This document shows positions 12,380 through 23,278 of a stretch of 64,000 bases of DNA, in pieces; the first letter of the stretch is position 1, and every line of letters starts with the position of its first letter. The stretch is taken from positions 75,826,001 through 75,890,000 of the forward strand of contig OZ360235.1 in NCBI GenBank assembly GCA_977017645.1, in the 5' to 3' direction. Source of the DNA: Torpedo marmorata (Eukaryota). A program made the position numbers and the translations under genes. The notes under the pieces are model-generated. The model was not told the origin of the DNA and made no database searches. It saw only the letters and a program-made list of their open reading frames with translations.

Positions 12380-13540
12380 ATGGGTACCCACATGGGTCCC
12401 AGCTACGCCTGCCTGTTTGTGGGCTTTGTGGAGCAATCCATGCTGCAAGCCTACACAGGCAAGACCCCTCATCTCTTCCTCCGGTATATCGACGACTACA
12501 TCGGGGCTGCCTCATGCACCCGCGATGAGCTTGTCAACTTCACCCACTTCGCATCCAACTTTCACCACGATCTCAAACTCACCTGGTCCATCTCCGATAA
12601 CACTCTCCCCTTCCTGGATCTCTCTGTCTCCATCTCGGGAGACAAGCTTTCCACCGACATTTACTACAAACCCTCCAACTCCCACAACTATCTGGACTAC
12701 ACATCCTCACACCCTGTCCCCTGCAAGGACTCCATCCCCTTCTCTCAATTTCTCCGCCTCCGCCGCATCTGTTCCCAAGATGAGGTGTTCCACTCCAGAT
12801 CTTCTGAAATGTCTGCCTTTTTCCACAAACGTGGCTTCCCCTCCACCACTATCAACTCAGCCCTCACCCGCATCTCCTCCATTTCCCGCTCATCTGCCCT
12901 GGCCCCCTCTGCTCCCAGACGCAACAAACATAGAATCCCCCTCATCCTCACCTACCACCCCACCAGCCTCCGCATCCAACACATTATCCGCCGGAATTTC
13001 CGGCACTTACTACAGGATCCCACCCCCAGACACATTTTTCCTTCTCCTCCCCTCTCGGCCTTCCGTAGGGACCGCTCCCTCCGCAATTCACTTGTGCACT
13101 CATCCCTCCCCACCCATCGCACCCCCGGAACCTTCCCCTGTGCCCGCAGGAGGTGCAACACCTGCGCCCACACCACCCCCCTCACCACGGTCCAGGGCCC
13201 CAAACAGGCCTTCCAAGTGAAACTACACTTCACTTGTACATCCAGAGAACTTATTTACTGCATCCGGTGCTCCCTTTGTGGCTTTCTATACATTGGAGAG
13301 ACCGGTCGTAGATTGGGAGACCGCTTTGCTGAGCACCTCCTCTCCGTCCGCAACAACAGCGACCTCCCAGTAGCCAACCATTTCAATTCCGGGTCACACT
13401 CCCACACTCACATGTCTGTCCATGGCCTCATGTACTATCCCACCCAGACTACCCGCAAATTGGAAGAACAACATCTCATTTTCCGTCTCGGCACTCTCCA
13501 GCCAGATGGCATTAACATTGACTTTTCTGCTTTCCACTAA
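12380..13540 (+). CDS. Penelope RT C-terminal half plus GIY-YIG endonuclease (partial ORF)
   Basis: MGTHMGPSYA, FLRYIDD, LPFLD, CxxxxCxxC linker, LIYCIRCSLCGFLYIGETGRRLGDRFAEH, HFN, EQHLI...PDGIN. Confidence 0.92.
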   Translation: MGTHMGPSYACLFVGFVEQSMLQAYTGKTPHLFLRYIDDYIGAASCTRDELVNFTHFASNFHHDLKLTWSISDNTLPFLDLSVSISGDKLSTDIYYKPSNSHNYLDYTSSHPVPCKDSIPFSQFLRLRRICSQDEVFHSRSSEMSAFFHKRGFPSTTINSALTRISSISRSSALAPSAPRRNKHRIPLILTYHPTSLRIQHIIRRNFRHLLQDPTPRHIFPSPPLSAFRRDRSLRNSLVHSSLPTHRTPGTFPCARRRCNTCAHTTPLTTVQGPKQAFQVKLHFTCTSRELIYCIRCSLCGFLYIGETGRRLGDRFAEHLLSVRNNSDLPVANHFNSGSHSHTHMSVHGLMYYPTQTTRKLEEQHLIFRLGTLQPDGINIDFSAFH

Positions 13541-13725
13541 ACCTGCTTGTCGTTCCCTTCCCCTCCCCCCTCACCTGTCCTTCCTGTTTTTCTCCAGCTA
13601 CCCAGCCATCCCTCCTCCCCCTCTTTGCTGCTGTCCCCTCCCTCCTTTCTCCACCTATCATCTCCTGCCTTTGCCATCCCCCTTCCCCCCTCACTCCTTT
13701 GTTCGGACGCCTGCCGGCATTTTCT

Positions 13726-13766
13726 CATACTTTGATGAAGGGCTCAAGCCCGAAACGTCGGTTATG
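13726..13766 (+). ncRNA. Minimal type I hammerhead-ribozyme-like motif in the Penelope pLTR
   Basis: CATACT TTGATGA A GGGCT-CA-AGCCC GAAAC GTC GGTTATG; palindromic ACGT at stem III; GUC site at 13757-13759; C3 is U. Confidence 0.6.
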
Positions 13767-15073
13767 TATTTCTACCTTTGCTACATAAAGGACACTGTTT
13801 GACCTGCTGAGTTTCTCCAGCATTTGTGTTTTTTGCGATTTATTTCATCCTATTTTGAGGGTGATGGTGTCCTCTCCTGGATACAAATTGGATTGCACTC
13901 CCTGAAAGAAAAGGTATTCAGTGATTTTTATTTATAAATGGAACTCCAGGATTATATCCAACAGGACAGACAATCCTATTTTAAAGCATTTGATTAAAAT
14001 ATGGTGTGAGACTCGTGGAACCTTTGGACTGAAAATGGGATTGTCACCAAAAACACCTTTGAGACAAAATGAACTCATACCCATGACTCTAAACAACAAA
14101 ATTCTAGAGACTTGGCATCATAAAGGGATCCAACATTTGGAAGACTGTTACGAAAAAGGACTTTTCACGTCCTTTGAACAATTGAAGAAGAAATATGACT
14201 TGTCCAGCAAGACCTTCTTCTGTTATCTTCAGTTAAGATCTTTCTTAAAACCAACCTGGGCCCTGAAATGACTTTACCTGTACTTACTGATGTGGAGAAA
14301 CTGCTTCATGAGGGAAATGTATGCCAATTTATTTCTAAAATGTATTCCTTACTGCTGAACGAAGGCCCAAAGCCAGGTTTGCACAAATCTAGAGTGAGAT
14401 GGGAATCAGATCTGAACATAACAATTGACGAACAGCTCTGGTCAGATTTATGTCAAGGAAGTTTGTTAGCTACCATTAATGCCCGGTACAGACTGGTTCA
14501 CTATAATTTCCTCCATCAACTGTACGTCACCCCACAGAAACTACATAAATATAAACCTGAATTGTCAGAGATTTGCTTCAGGTGTGGTATAGAGGTCGGC
14601 TCCTTCCTGCACTCTACCTGGCTTTGTACAAAGGTGAGGCCCTTTTGGTATGACCTCTGTGACACCTTGACCAAGATCATAGGAGTCACCTTCCCATCAG
14701 ATACTGAGCTTTGCTTATTGGGGAATTTCACGAGTGTTAGTAGATCTTTAACCAATTCCCAAATTAAATTTATGGAAATCGCTTTATGTGTGGCCAGGAA
14801 ATGCATAACAGTGACTGTGGTAAACCACTTGAAATACCTGTATATATGTTTATGGTCATCTGGACACGTCCCTTACTGGCTGTACCTGTGGCTCCTCCCA
14901 CAGACCCCTGAATAAAGGCTATTGTGCCACAGCTCCCTCCCCAGTCCAGCACAGACGACCACCAGGAATGTGCATCCATTCCAATGTGAATAAAAGCCTA
15001 CCAGTTCTTGCTTAACTTCTAGTCTTTCAGAGTTATTGATGGTGCATCAATTTTATTCGCATTGTTTTCGATA

Positions 15074-16849
15074 ATGGATCAGTACCTGAAGCCTGAAAAG
15101 TTGGAGGTAGACCCTCAATCATCCGAGGCATCCAACGGTTTCGAACACAGGCTGCGTTGTTTCGAGGCATTCTTGAGGGCCTCCGCTACTGTCGTTCAAT
15201 CTGAGGACGACAAACTGCAAGTACTACATTCCCGAGTCGGGCCCCAGGTGTACTCGATGATCAGGGACGCTGAATCTTACCGGGGGGCCATGGACACGCT
15301 GAAAGTCCAGTAACTGAAGAAGGTAAATGAAGTCTATGCAAGACATCTCCTGGCTACTCGAAAGCAGCGACCTGGGGAATTAGACGGGCCTGTAGCTGCA
15401 AGGCTGTTACGGCCGTGACGTACAACAGAGGACCTCATAAGAGATGCCTATGTTGCCGGTATCCGATCGAACTACATAAGACAGAGACTGTTGGAGCAAG
15501 GTGAGCTCAACTTGCAGAGGGCCGTGGACCTAGCAGGCACGCTAGAAGTGGCCCTCCAAAATATAGACGCGTACTCTGCCGATAGCGCGGCCGCTTCGTG
15601 GTTGCCAAAGGCGCTGCCTGTGGACCACCACCACGTTCCATTAGTGACTCGACCACGGCTGCTATGACCCGCGATTAGCCGAAGTGCTACTTCTGCGGGC
15701 TGGATAAGCACCCCCGGAAACACTGCCCGGCGAAAGACGCGGTCTGCGCTAGCTGCGAGAAGAAGGGGCACTACGCAAAAGTCTGCAAGTCCAAACTGCC
15801 ATCTAGACCCAGCAGCGCCTCGTGTGAGCGGAGGGCGCCGCCATCTTCCCAACTCAGCAGCGCTGCGTGCTAACCGTGGGGGCTGCCATCTTGGACGACG
15901 TCATCTTCCCAACTAAGCAGTGCCACGTGCGAACCATGGGGGCCGCCATCTTGGACGGCGCCATATTGGACGGACCGAACACCCGAACACCACATCACCC
16001 CTACAGAACCCGAGAGCGACTCAGTACTGGCCTCCATCACACTGGATCAAGGGAGCCCCCATCAACTGGCCAAATCGATGATGGACATTGAGGTGGACGG
16101 CCACAAGACGAGCTGCCTCTTTGATAGTGGGAGCACGGAGAGTTTTATACACCCCGACACGGTACAGAGTTACCGCCTTGCGGTAATGCCAGTAAGCCAC
16201 AAAGTCTCCATGGCTTCCAAGTCCCACACAGCAGAGATCCGCGGTTACTGCGTAGTGACCCTGACTGTGCTGGGCACAGAGTATAAACTTTTTAAATTAC
16301 TTGTCATGTCACAGCTCTGCGCGGACGTGCTGCTGGGGCTAGACTTCCAATGTCACCTTAAAAGCGTGATGTTGGAGTACGATGGGCCCCATCCCCCCCT
16401 CACCATCTGTAATCCACAGTTTATAAACTGCCCATCGCAACTCACCCACAGAAGCTCCCCGATCCACCCTCCCATCGCGTCCAGCCAGCAACCCACCGAT
16501 CGCCCACCACGCGCGACCTGCAGCCTTTCTACCGTCCGGATCACCCCCCCCCCCTCACCATCGCTGTTCGTTAACCTTACCCCCGACTGCAAACCCGTGG
16601 CTACCAAAAGTAGGCAATACAGTGCCGGGGACAGGACCTTTATCAGGTCAGAAGTGCAGCAGCTGTTGAAGGAGGGGATTATTGAAGCCAGCACCAGTCT
16701 CTGGAGAGCTCAAGTGGTGATGGTAAAGAATGGGGAGAAGAACAGGATGGTCATCGATTATAGTCAGACCATCAACCGTTATACGCAGCTGGACGCGTAC
16801 CCCCTCCCCTGCATAGCCGACATGGTAAACCAGATCACCCAATACCGGG
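15074..16849 (+). pseudogene. Gypsy B gag, protease and RT N-terminus (disrupted)
   Basis: MDQYLKPEKLEVDP; two Zn knuckles CYFCGLDKHPRKHC and CASCEKKGHYAKVC; LFDSGSTESFI; RMVIDYSQTINRYTQLDAYPLP. Confidence 0.9.
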
Positions 16850-17393
16850 TGTAAGAGCCGTAGGCTTAATTACTTACCTTGGTCGTGGCGCTCCGATGGT
16901 CTCAGTGGGTTGCGGAGGAGTCGCGGTGTTTGTAAGCTGTGCTAGGTTTATTTAGTACTCTGCGCATGCGCAGTTGGGAATTGACGGCAGTGTGCGCGGT
17001 AGAGTATGCGCGGTGGAGTATGCGCGGTGGATTATGCGCATTGAGCATGCGCGAATCGGGAAAAAAGTATTGGAAAAAGATGGCGGCTTAGAGGAGGGTG
17101 AGTGAGATCGCCATGTCTTTTATTGACCGTTTCATTGAACATTTAAACTCGTTTCATTATGGTTTAAAGTCATTTAATTGAACATCTAAATACAGTCAAA
17201 GGAATCGTTTAAAGGAATTCATTAAACATCGTTATCAAGAACTGTTTATTTTCGGGGGGACGTCACGTGATGCCGTAGAGTTAGGACGCAGTAACCCGAC
17301 CCTCCTGGGATTGTTAAAAAAAGTTCGATTAAAAAACGTTTTTTAAAAGTTCTAATTTTCTTTAAAAAGTATTTAAGTACTAGGGAGAAAGTA

Positions 17394-18518
17394 ATGATGC
17401 CTCAAAAAAAAGATAAAACAGCCAAAGCCTTACCTAAAGCTCAACGGAAGGAGAAGATCCTGACTGCAAAAAGGCCTCGACGCCTGGGAGCTGAAGTTCA
17501 AACGGAGCCCCGGGAGGAGGCACCGCTGGTGGGGACATCTGCTGGCACTGCTCGTCCTCGATGGCAAGAACATGGCGTCGGGGAGGAAGTCGGGCCGGCA
17601 CTGCGCATGCGCGAAACTCCGCAGCTATCAGCAGACTCTGCGACGTCGGGACAGGAAGAAACGAGCAGCTCCGATTCGGATGACGAAAGAGGCCAGCTGG
17701 AGGCGGAAGAATTACAACAACAACCGCGGGAAGAACGAATACTATCATTTAAAGGCAAATCACCAGACTATGCAGCTTTGTTAACAATATTGAATGAGTT
17801 AAAGGCTGATATGAAAAATGTTAAAGAAGTGATAAAAGATATGAGGGGCTTAAAGTTAAAAGTGAATAAGATTGAGAATAAAGTTAAGAAAATACAAACT
17901 GACATGGAAACTACCGAAGAGAGAATGGAGGGGGTGGAAAACAATGCTACTGCTTTAGTAATGGAAAATAAGAAGCTTCAACAAAAAGTGGACATATTGG
18001 AGAATTTTAGTAGAAGAAATAATATAAAAATAGTTGGTCTTAAAGAAGAAGAAGAAGGACAAGATATGAGTGCTTTTATGAAGACTTGGATACCGGAGGT
18101 GCTGGGTGCAGATAAGTTTGACCACACAATTGAAATTGAAAGAGCACACAGGGCTCTAAGAGTGAAGCCGTCACAAGACCAGAACCCGCGCTCGATCTTA
18201 GTTAAATTTCTACGTTATCAAGACAGAGAGAGAGTTTTACAACTAGCAATGGAGCAAGCAAGAGATAGACAGGGCCCTTTGATATATAAGGGGGCCAGAA
18301 TTCTTTTTTATCCTGATATAAGCGCTGACTTAATGAAGAGAAGGAAGGAATTCAACCCAGCTAAAAAGACTCTTTGGGAGAAGGGCTACAGATTTGTGTT
18401 GCGACATCCTGCGACCTTGAAGGTCTTCTTACCAGATCAACAAAACAAATTTTTTACAAATTACACCTTGGCAGAGGAATTTGCCAATGAACTTCCGCAG
18501 GCTTCGGATGAGCGTTAG
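17394..18518 (+). CDS. L1 ORF1p (coiled coil, RRM, CTD), intact 374 aa
   Basis: LENFSRRNNIKIVGL, IERAHR, PRSILVKFLRYQDRE, FYPDIS, HPATLKV. Confidence 0.93.
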   Translation: MMPQKKDKTAKALPKAQRKEKILTAKRPRRLGAEVQTEPREEAPLVGTSAGTARPRWQEHGVGEEVGPALRMRETPQLSADSATSGQEETSSSDSDDERGQLEAEELQQQPREERILSFKGKSPDYAALLTILNELKADMKNVKEVIKDMRGLKLKVNKIENKVKKIQTDMETTEERMEGVENNATALVMENKKLQQKVDILENFSRRNNIKIVGLKEEEEGQDMSAFMKTWIPEVLGADKFDHTIEIERAHRALRVKPSQDQNPRSILVKFLRYQDRERVLQLAMEQARDRQGPLIYKGARILFYPDISADLMKRRKEFNPAKKTLWEKGYRFVLRHPATLKVFLPDQQNKFFTNYTLAEEFANELPQASDER

Positions 18519-18974
18519 AAAGAGAATGTTTTATAATTGTTGATGGAATGATATATATCAGTTTGTAACTTTGGTAAAATTGATGATGGATTATTTAGTG
18601 TTTGTATTTATTTTTTAAAAATAATATGTATATATAAAAAATGTTATACCAGGGGGGTCGGGGGGAGGAGATGAGGTCCTGACTTCTACTGTAATCATGT
18701 GTACTTTTGCGACTTCGGTCGTGGCCTATAAAATAGAAGGGGTAGCGCTGTATATTTCAAAAGCGCTAGAGGGGATATAGTTAGATTATTTTTTCATTTT
18801 TGTGGAAGGGGGGGATTGTATTCTTTAATTGTATATTTTTTCTTTTTTGTCTGTATGGATTGCTGGGGGGGACATATGCTGATGCGATGGAGATTGAAGA
18901 ATGAAGTAAAAGGGAGAGAGTTAGGGGTCTGGGCTGGAAGAGGTAACATTAAAAGGAATGAAATATAATCTAAA

Positions 18975-21900
18975 ATGAGTAATATAGTAAGATTCTTGAA
19001 TTTTAATATTAATGGGATAAATGGACCAATTAAGCGGAAAAGGATACTAGCGTATATTAAAAAATTGGGTGTTGATGTGGCTTTTTTACAAGAGACGCAT
19101 TTAATAGAGAAAGAACATTTGAAATTAAAAAGGGACTGGGTGGGGTATGTAGCGGCTTCTTCATTTAACTCCAAGGCAAGGGGTGTGGCAATTTTAATAA
19201 AAAAGAATCTTCCAATTATAATTCAGAATGTTGTGACAGATCCTGCAGGGAGATATGTAATGATTCACTGTCAGATATATTCAGAATTTTGGACTTTTTT
19301 GAATATATATGCTCCCAATACGGATGATGATAAGTTTATTCAAGAGACCTTTCTCAATATAGCGGAAGCGCATGAGAATATTATAATAGGGGGAGACTTC
19401 AACTTTTGTTTAGATCTGGTTTTAGATAAGTCCACAAGAGGAGTGAAGAGAACTAAGGCAGCGAAAGCTACGTTGGTATTAATGAATGATTTAAACTTGA
19501 TTGATGCTTGGAGAAGAATTCATCCTAGGGATAAAGATTTTTCTTTTTACTCTAGCAGACATGACTCTTATTCCAGAATTGATTTATTTTTAGTTTCAGC
19601 TCAATTGCAAGATAGAATTTTAGAAGCAGAGTATAAAGCAAGAATCCTGTCTGACCATTCACATTTATTGATGACAGTTGTTGTACCTGATAAAGAAAAG
19701 TCGATATATAGATGGAGATTAAACCCTTTATTATTAAAAAGAATAGACTTTTGTGATTTTATAAGGAGGCAAATTCAGATATTTTGTGAAACAAATCTAA
19801 ACTCCGTGCCTGATAAATTTGTAATATGGGAAACTTTGAAAGTATATTTAAGAGGTCAAACCATAAGTTACTCTTCAAAAATTAAAAAGGATTATATGAG
19901 AGAAATAGACCAATTAGAAAAGAAATAACGATTCTAGAAAAGGATTTACAAAAGAGGAGCTCTGTAGATAAACGTAGACAATTAACTAATAAAAAACTTC
20001 AATATAATATGTTACAGACTTATAGAATGGGGAAGACTATTACAAGAACCAAGCAAAGATACTACGAGTTAGGTGAACGCTCACATAAAGTATTAGCATG
20101 GCAATTAAAAACAGAACAGGCATTAAGAACAATTAATGCAGTTAAAACTGAGGCTGATATTATTAGTTGTAAACCTCAAATAATAAACGATTCTTTAAAA
20201 AAATTCTATTCTGATTTATACAAATCAGAATCTCTGCAAGATGATAGTAAAATTGATGGATATTTATCACAGATAAATTTACCAAGATTAAATACGCAAG
20301 AGCGATTAGAATTAAGTACCCAATTTACGCAGAGGGAAGTGAAAGATGCAATGAGTTCATTACAAAGTAATAAAGCACCGGGGGAGGATGGTTTTCCACC
20401 AGAGTTTTATAAAGAATTTAAGGAATTATTAATTCCTATTTTTATGGATATGTTACAACAAGAGTCTGTGACTCATACACTTCCAGAATCTTTTTCTACT
20501 GCAATAATTACAGTAATACCAAAAAAAGATAGAGACCCTCTGAAACCTTCATCATATAGACCAATTTCATTATTGAATGCAGATTATAAGATTGTGGCGA
20601 AAATCTTGGCAAATAGGATAACAAAATTTTTGCCAAAATTAGTAAACATGGATCAAACAGGCTTTATAAAAAAGAGACAAGCAGCTGACAATGTAGCAAG
20701 GTTACTTACTATTATTCATTTAGCTCAAAAAAGAAAAGTACTAAGTGTAGCAGTGGCACTAGACGCAGAGAAAGCTTTTGATAGACTAGAATGGGACTTT
20801 TTGTTTAAAGTATTGGAGAAATTTGGATTTGGGAAGATTTATATAGATTGGATTAAAGCATTATATAATGATCCAAAAGCTAAAGTAGTGACTAATGGAC
20901 AAATATCAACTTCGTTCTGCCTGACAAGATCTAGCCGACAGGGATGCCCGTTGTCACCAGCTTTATTTATATTAGCTATAGAACCGTTAGCAGAGGCAAT
21001 TAGAAGTGATTTGGCAATTAAGGGATTTATATTTGGTCAAGAGCAACATAAAATTAGTTTATTTGCGGATGATGTCTTAATATATTTGACGGAGCCTGAG
21101 ACTTCTTTGCAAAGATTGCATTTTAAATTGGAGGAATATGGGAAAGTCTCTGGTTATAAGATAAATTGGGATAAAGTGAAATTATGCCCCTTACAGAGGG
21201 AGATTATACTTTATGTAAAAGAAGTACTCAGTTCAAATGGCCACATAAGGGAATAAAATATCTTGGGGTTCGAACAGATAATAAATTAAAAAAATTATAT
21301 AAATTGAATTATCTACCATTGCTTAAAAAGATTAAAGAAGATTTGGAGAAATGGATTAATTTACCCATTACATTGATTGGAAGAGTTAACTGTATTAAAA
21401 TGAATATATTTCCAAGGATACAGTACCTGTATCAAACTATACCTATTTTATTACCACAGGCTTTTTTTCAGGATTTAAACAAACAAGTGCGAAAATTTCT
21501 TTGGAAAGGTAAAATGTCAAGAGTTTCTATGGAACGTCTAACATGGAAATATCAACTGGGAGGTCTACAACTCCCTAATTTTAAGAATTATTATCGAGCG
21601 GCACAAATGAGATTTGTTACTTCGTTTTTTGAAAGTGAAGTAAGACCTGCATGGGTTGGAATAGAGCTTGGAGAAATAGGAGAAAAGGTACCAGAAGAAT
21701 TTATATACAAATGGAATTCAAAATTATTGATAGGTGCTAAAGAAACGCCGTTGTTAAAACATTTGATTAATGCTTGGAACAAGATTAATGATGAGATAGG
21801 GATGAAAGGAAACATATCACCCAAAATGTCTTTGATACAGAATAATCTTATACCATTTACAAAAGATAATCAATTTTTAAACATATGGTCACAGAAAGGA

Positions 21901-22752
21901 ATAAAGAAGATAGAAGATTGTTATGAAGGGAACTAGTTGATGTCGTTTGTACAATTACGGAATAAATATGGAATACCCAATAACACTCTTTTTTGTTATT
22001 TTCAACTAAGAGGTTATCTAAGAGAAAAACTAGGGCCAGATATGTTGTTACAAGATTGTAGTGAGGTAGAAATTCTTATTAGGAAAGGAAATATTAAAAA
22101 ATTTACTTCTATAATGTACTCTTTGCTACAAAGGGGAACTTTAAAACGAGGACTTCATAAATCTAGACAAAGATGGGAGCAAGATCTTAACGTTACAATT
22201 GATGAAAAAAGATGGTCGGATTTATGTCAAGATAGTATGACTAATACTGTTAATGTAAGATATAGATTAGTACAGTACAATTTTTTACATCAATTATACC
22301 TTACACCACAAAAACTGAACAAGATAAAATCTACGTTATCAAATAGGTGTTTTAGATGTGGCGAAGTGGAGGGAACTTTTTTACATTCAACATGGTTATG
22401 TTCTAAAGTTAAATGTTTTTGGATAGAGTTAGGGAACCGGTTAAAACAAATTACAGGTGTTACATTTCCACAGAATCCTGATTTATTTTTATTAGGAAAT
22501 GTGGAAGGAACTAGACCAAAGTTGAAGTTATCTACATGTCAATTGAAATTTGTAAAAATTGCTTTAGCAGTAGCAAGGAAGTGTATAGCAGTAACTTAGA
22601 AATCAGATACAAATATAAGCATGGATAGATGGAATTCAGAGATGCGGAGCTGTATTCCTTTGGAAAGAATAACATATAATATGAGAAACAAATATGGGAT
22701 ATTTTTGCAAATTTGGCATCCATATATCCAATCATTAGGTATGAATATTTGA
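18975..22752 (+). pseudogene. L1 ORF2p (APE endonuclease, RT, Cys domain), broken by two frameshifts and two stops
   Basis: NINGIN, LQETH, GGDFN, SRIDL, LSDH; SYRPISLLN, DAEKAFD, RQGCPLSP, LFADD; CFRCGEVEGTFLHSTWLC; breaks near 19925, 21180, 21934 and 22597. Confidence 0.95.
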
Positions 22753-23278
22753 ATGTGTTGCTCTACATCCTGGACCCTATTGACTCTCTCAAACTTAAAG
22801 AATAAATATTGTTGAATACCACGCGTCGAGCCGTGGACCCAGCAGCGATCCGTTCAGTTGTTTTTGATAAGAAATATCAATGCCTTCTTTTCTATTTTTC
22901 TTTTAGTTTTTAGTAAGGGGAGGGAGTTAAAGGGAGGGGAAGGGTGGAGGGTGGGCAACTTTACAGAGGGTGGGTTAAGTGAGGGGTTAGATACACTGTA
23001 ATACAAATTATGTCTTTTATATACTGGAATTAATAATGTATACTACGTATGTTGTATTACTGTGAGAAAATTTAAAATTTAAAATAAAATATTTTAAAAA
23101 AAGAACTGTTTATTTCGTTTAAAGAAGATATTTAAGTCATTGAAGATTACTGCAAGTCACATGTGTAAATAAAGTTTTTTGAACATATCGGACTTTGTTA
23201 GTAAATTAATTGAAACGCGTCAAAGACAAGTATCTCACCTAGCCTCCAAGTGACTATTGTTGGATTGAAGTCACTATA

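Larger units (their letters stand above)
12207..13833 (+). mobile_element. Penelope-like element, 5'-truncated, with a short inverted pLTR end at its 5' side
   Basis: 14-bp TSD TGC(A/G)ATTTATTTCA at 12193-12206 and 13834-13847; inverted GAGTAAAACACGAAAATCTG at 12209; pyrimidine-rich 3' UTR and pLTR. Confidence 0.92.
17252..23100 (+). mobile_element. Full-length L1 (L1-b), ~5.85 kb
   Basis: 15-bp TSD AAGAACTGTTTATTT at 17237-17251 and 23101-23115; 5' G-run, ORF1, spacer, ORF2, G-rich 3' UTR, A tail. Confidence 0.95.
16850..23278. mobile_element. Unclassified ~565-bp non-coding insertion (probable solo LTR) split by a full-length L1: 16850-17251 and 23116-23278
   Basis: Interrupts Gypsy B RT at QY|RVFSTIDL; TGTAAG...CTATA ends with CCGGG/CCAGG flanks; AATAAA at ~23168. 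Confidence 0.6.

Noticed and set aside
12417-13220. 267-aa Ser/Pro-rich ORF overlapping the Penelope ORF
   Set aside because: Alternative frame kept open by C-rich codon bias; no recognisable motifs
23245-23278. Helitron 3' end (hairpin followed by CTA)
   Set aside because: The insertion has a TSD and lacks a 5' TC at an A/T site; Helitrons make no TSD
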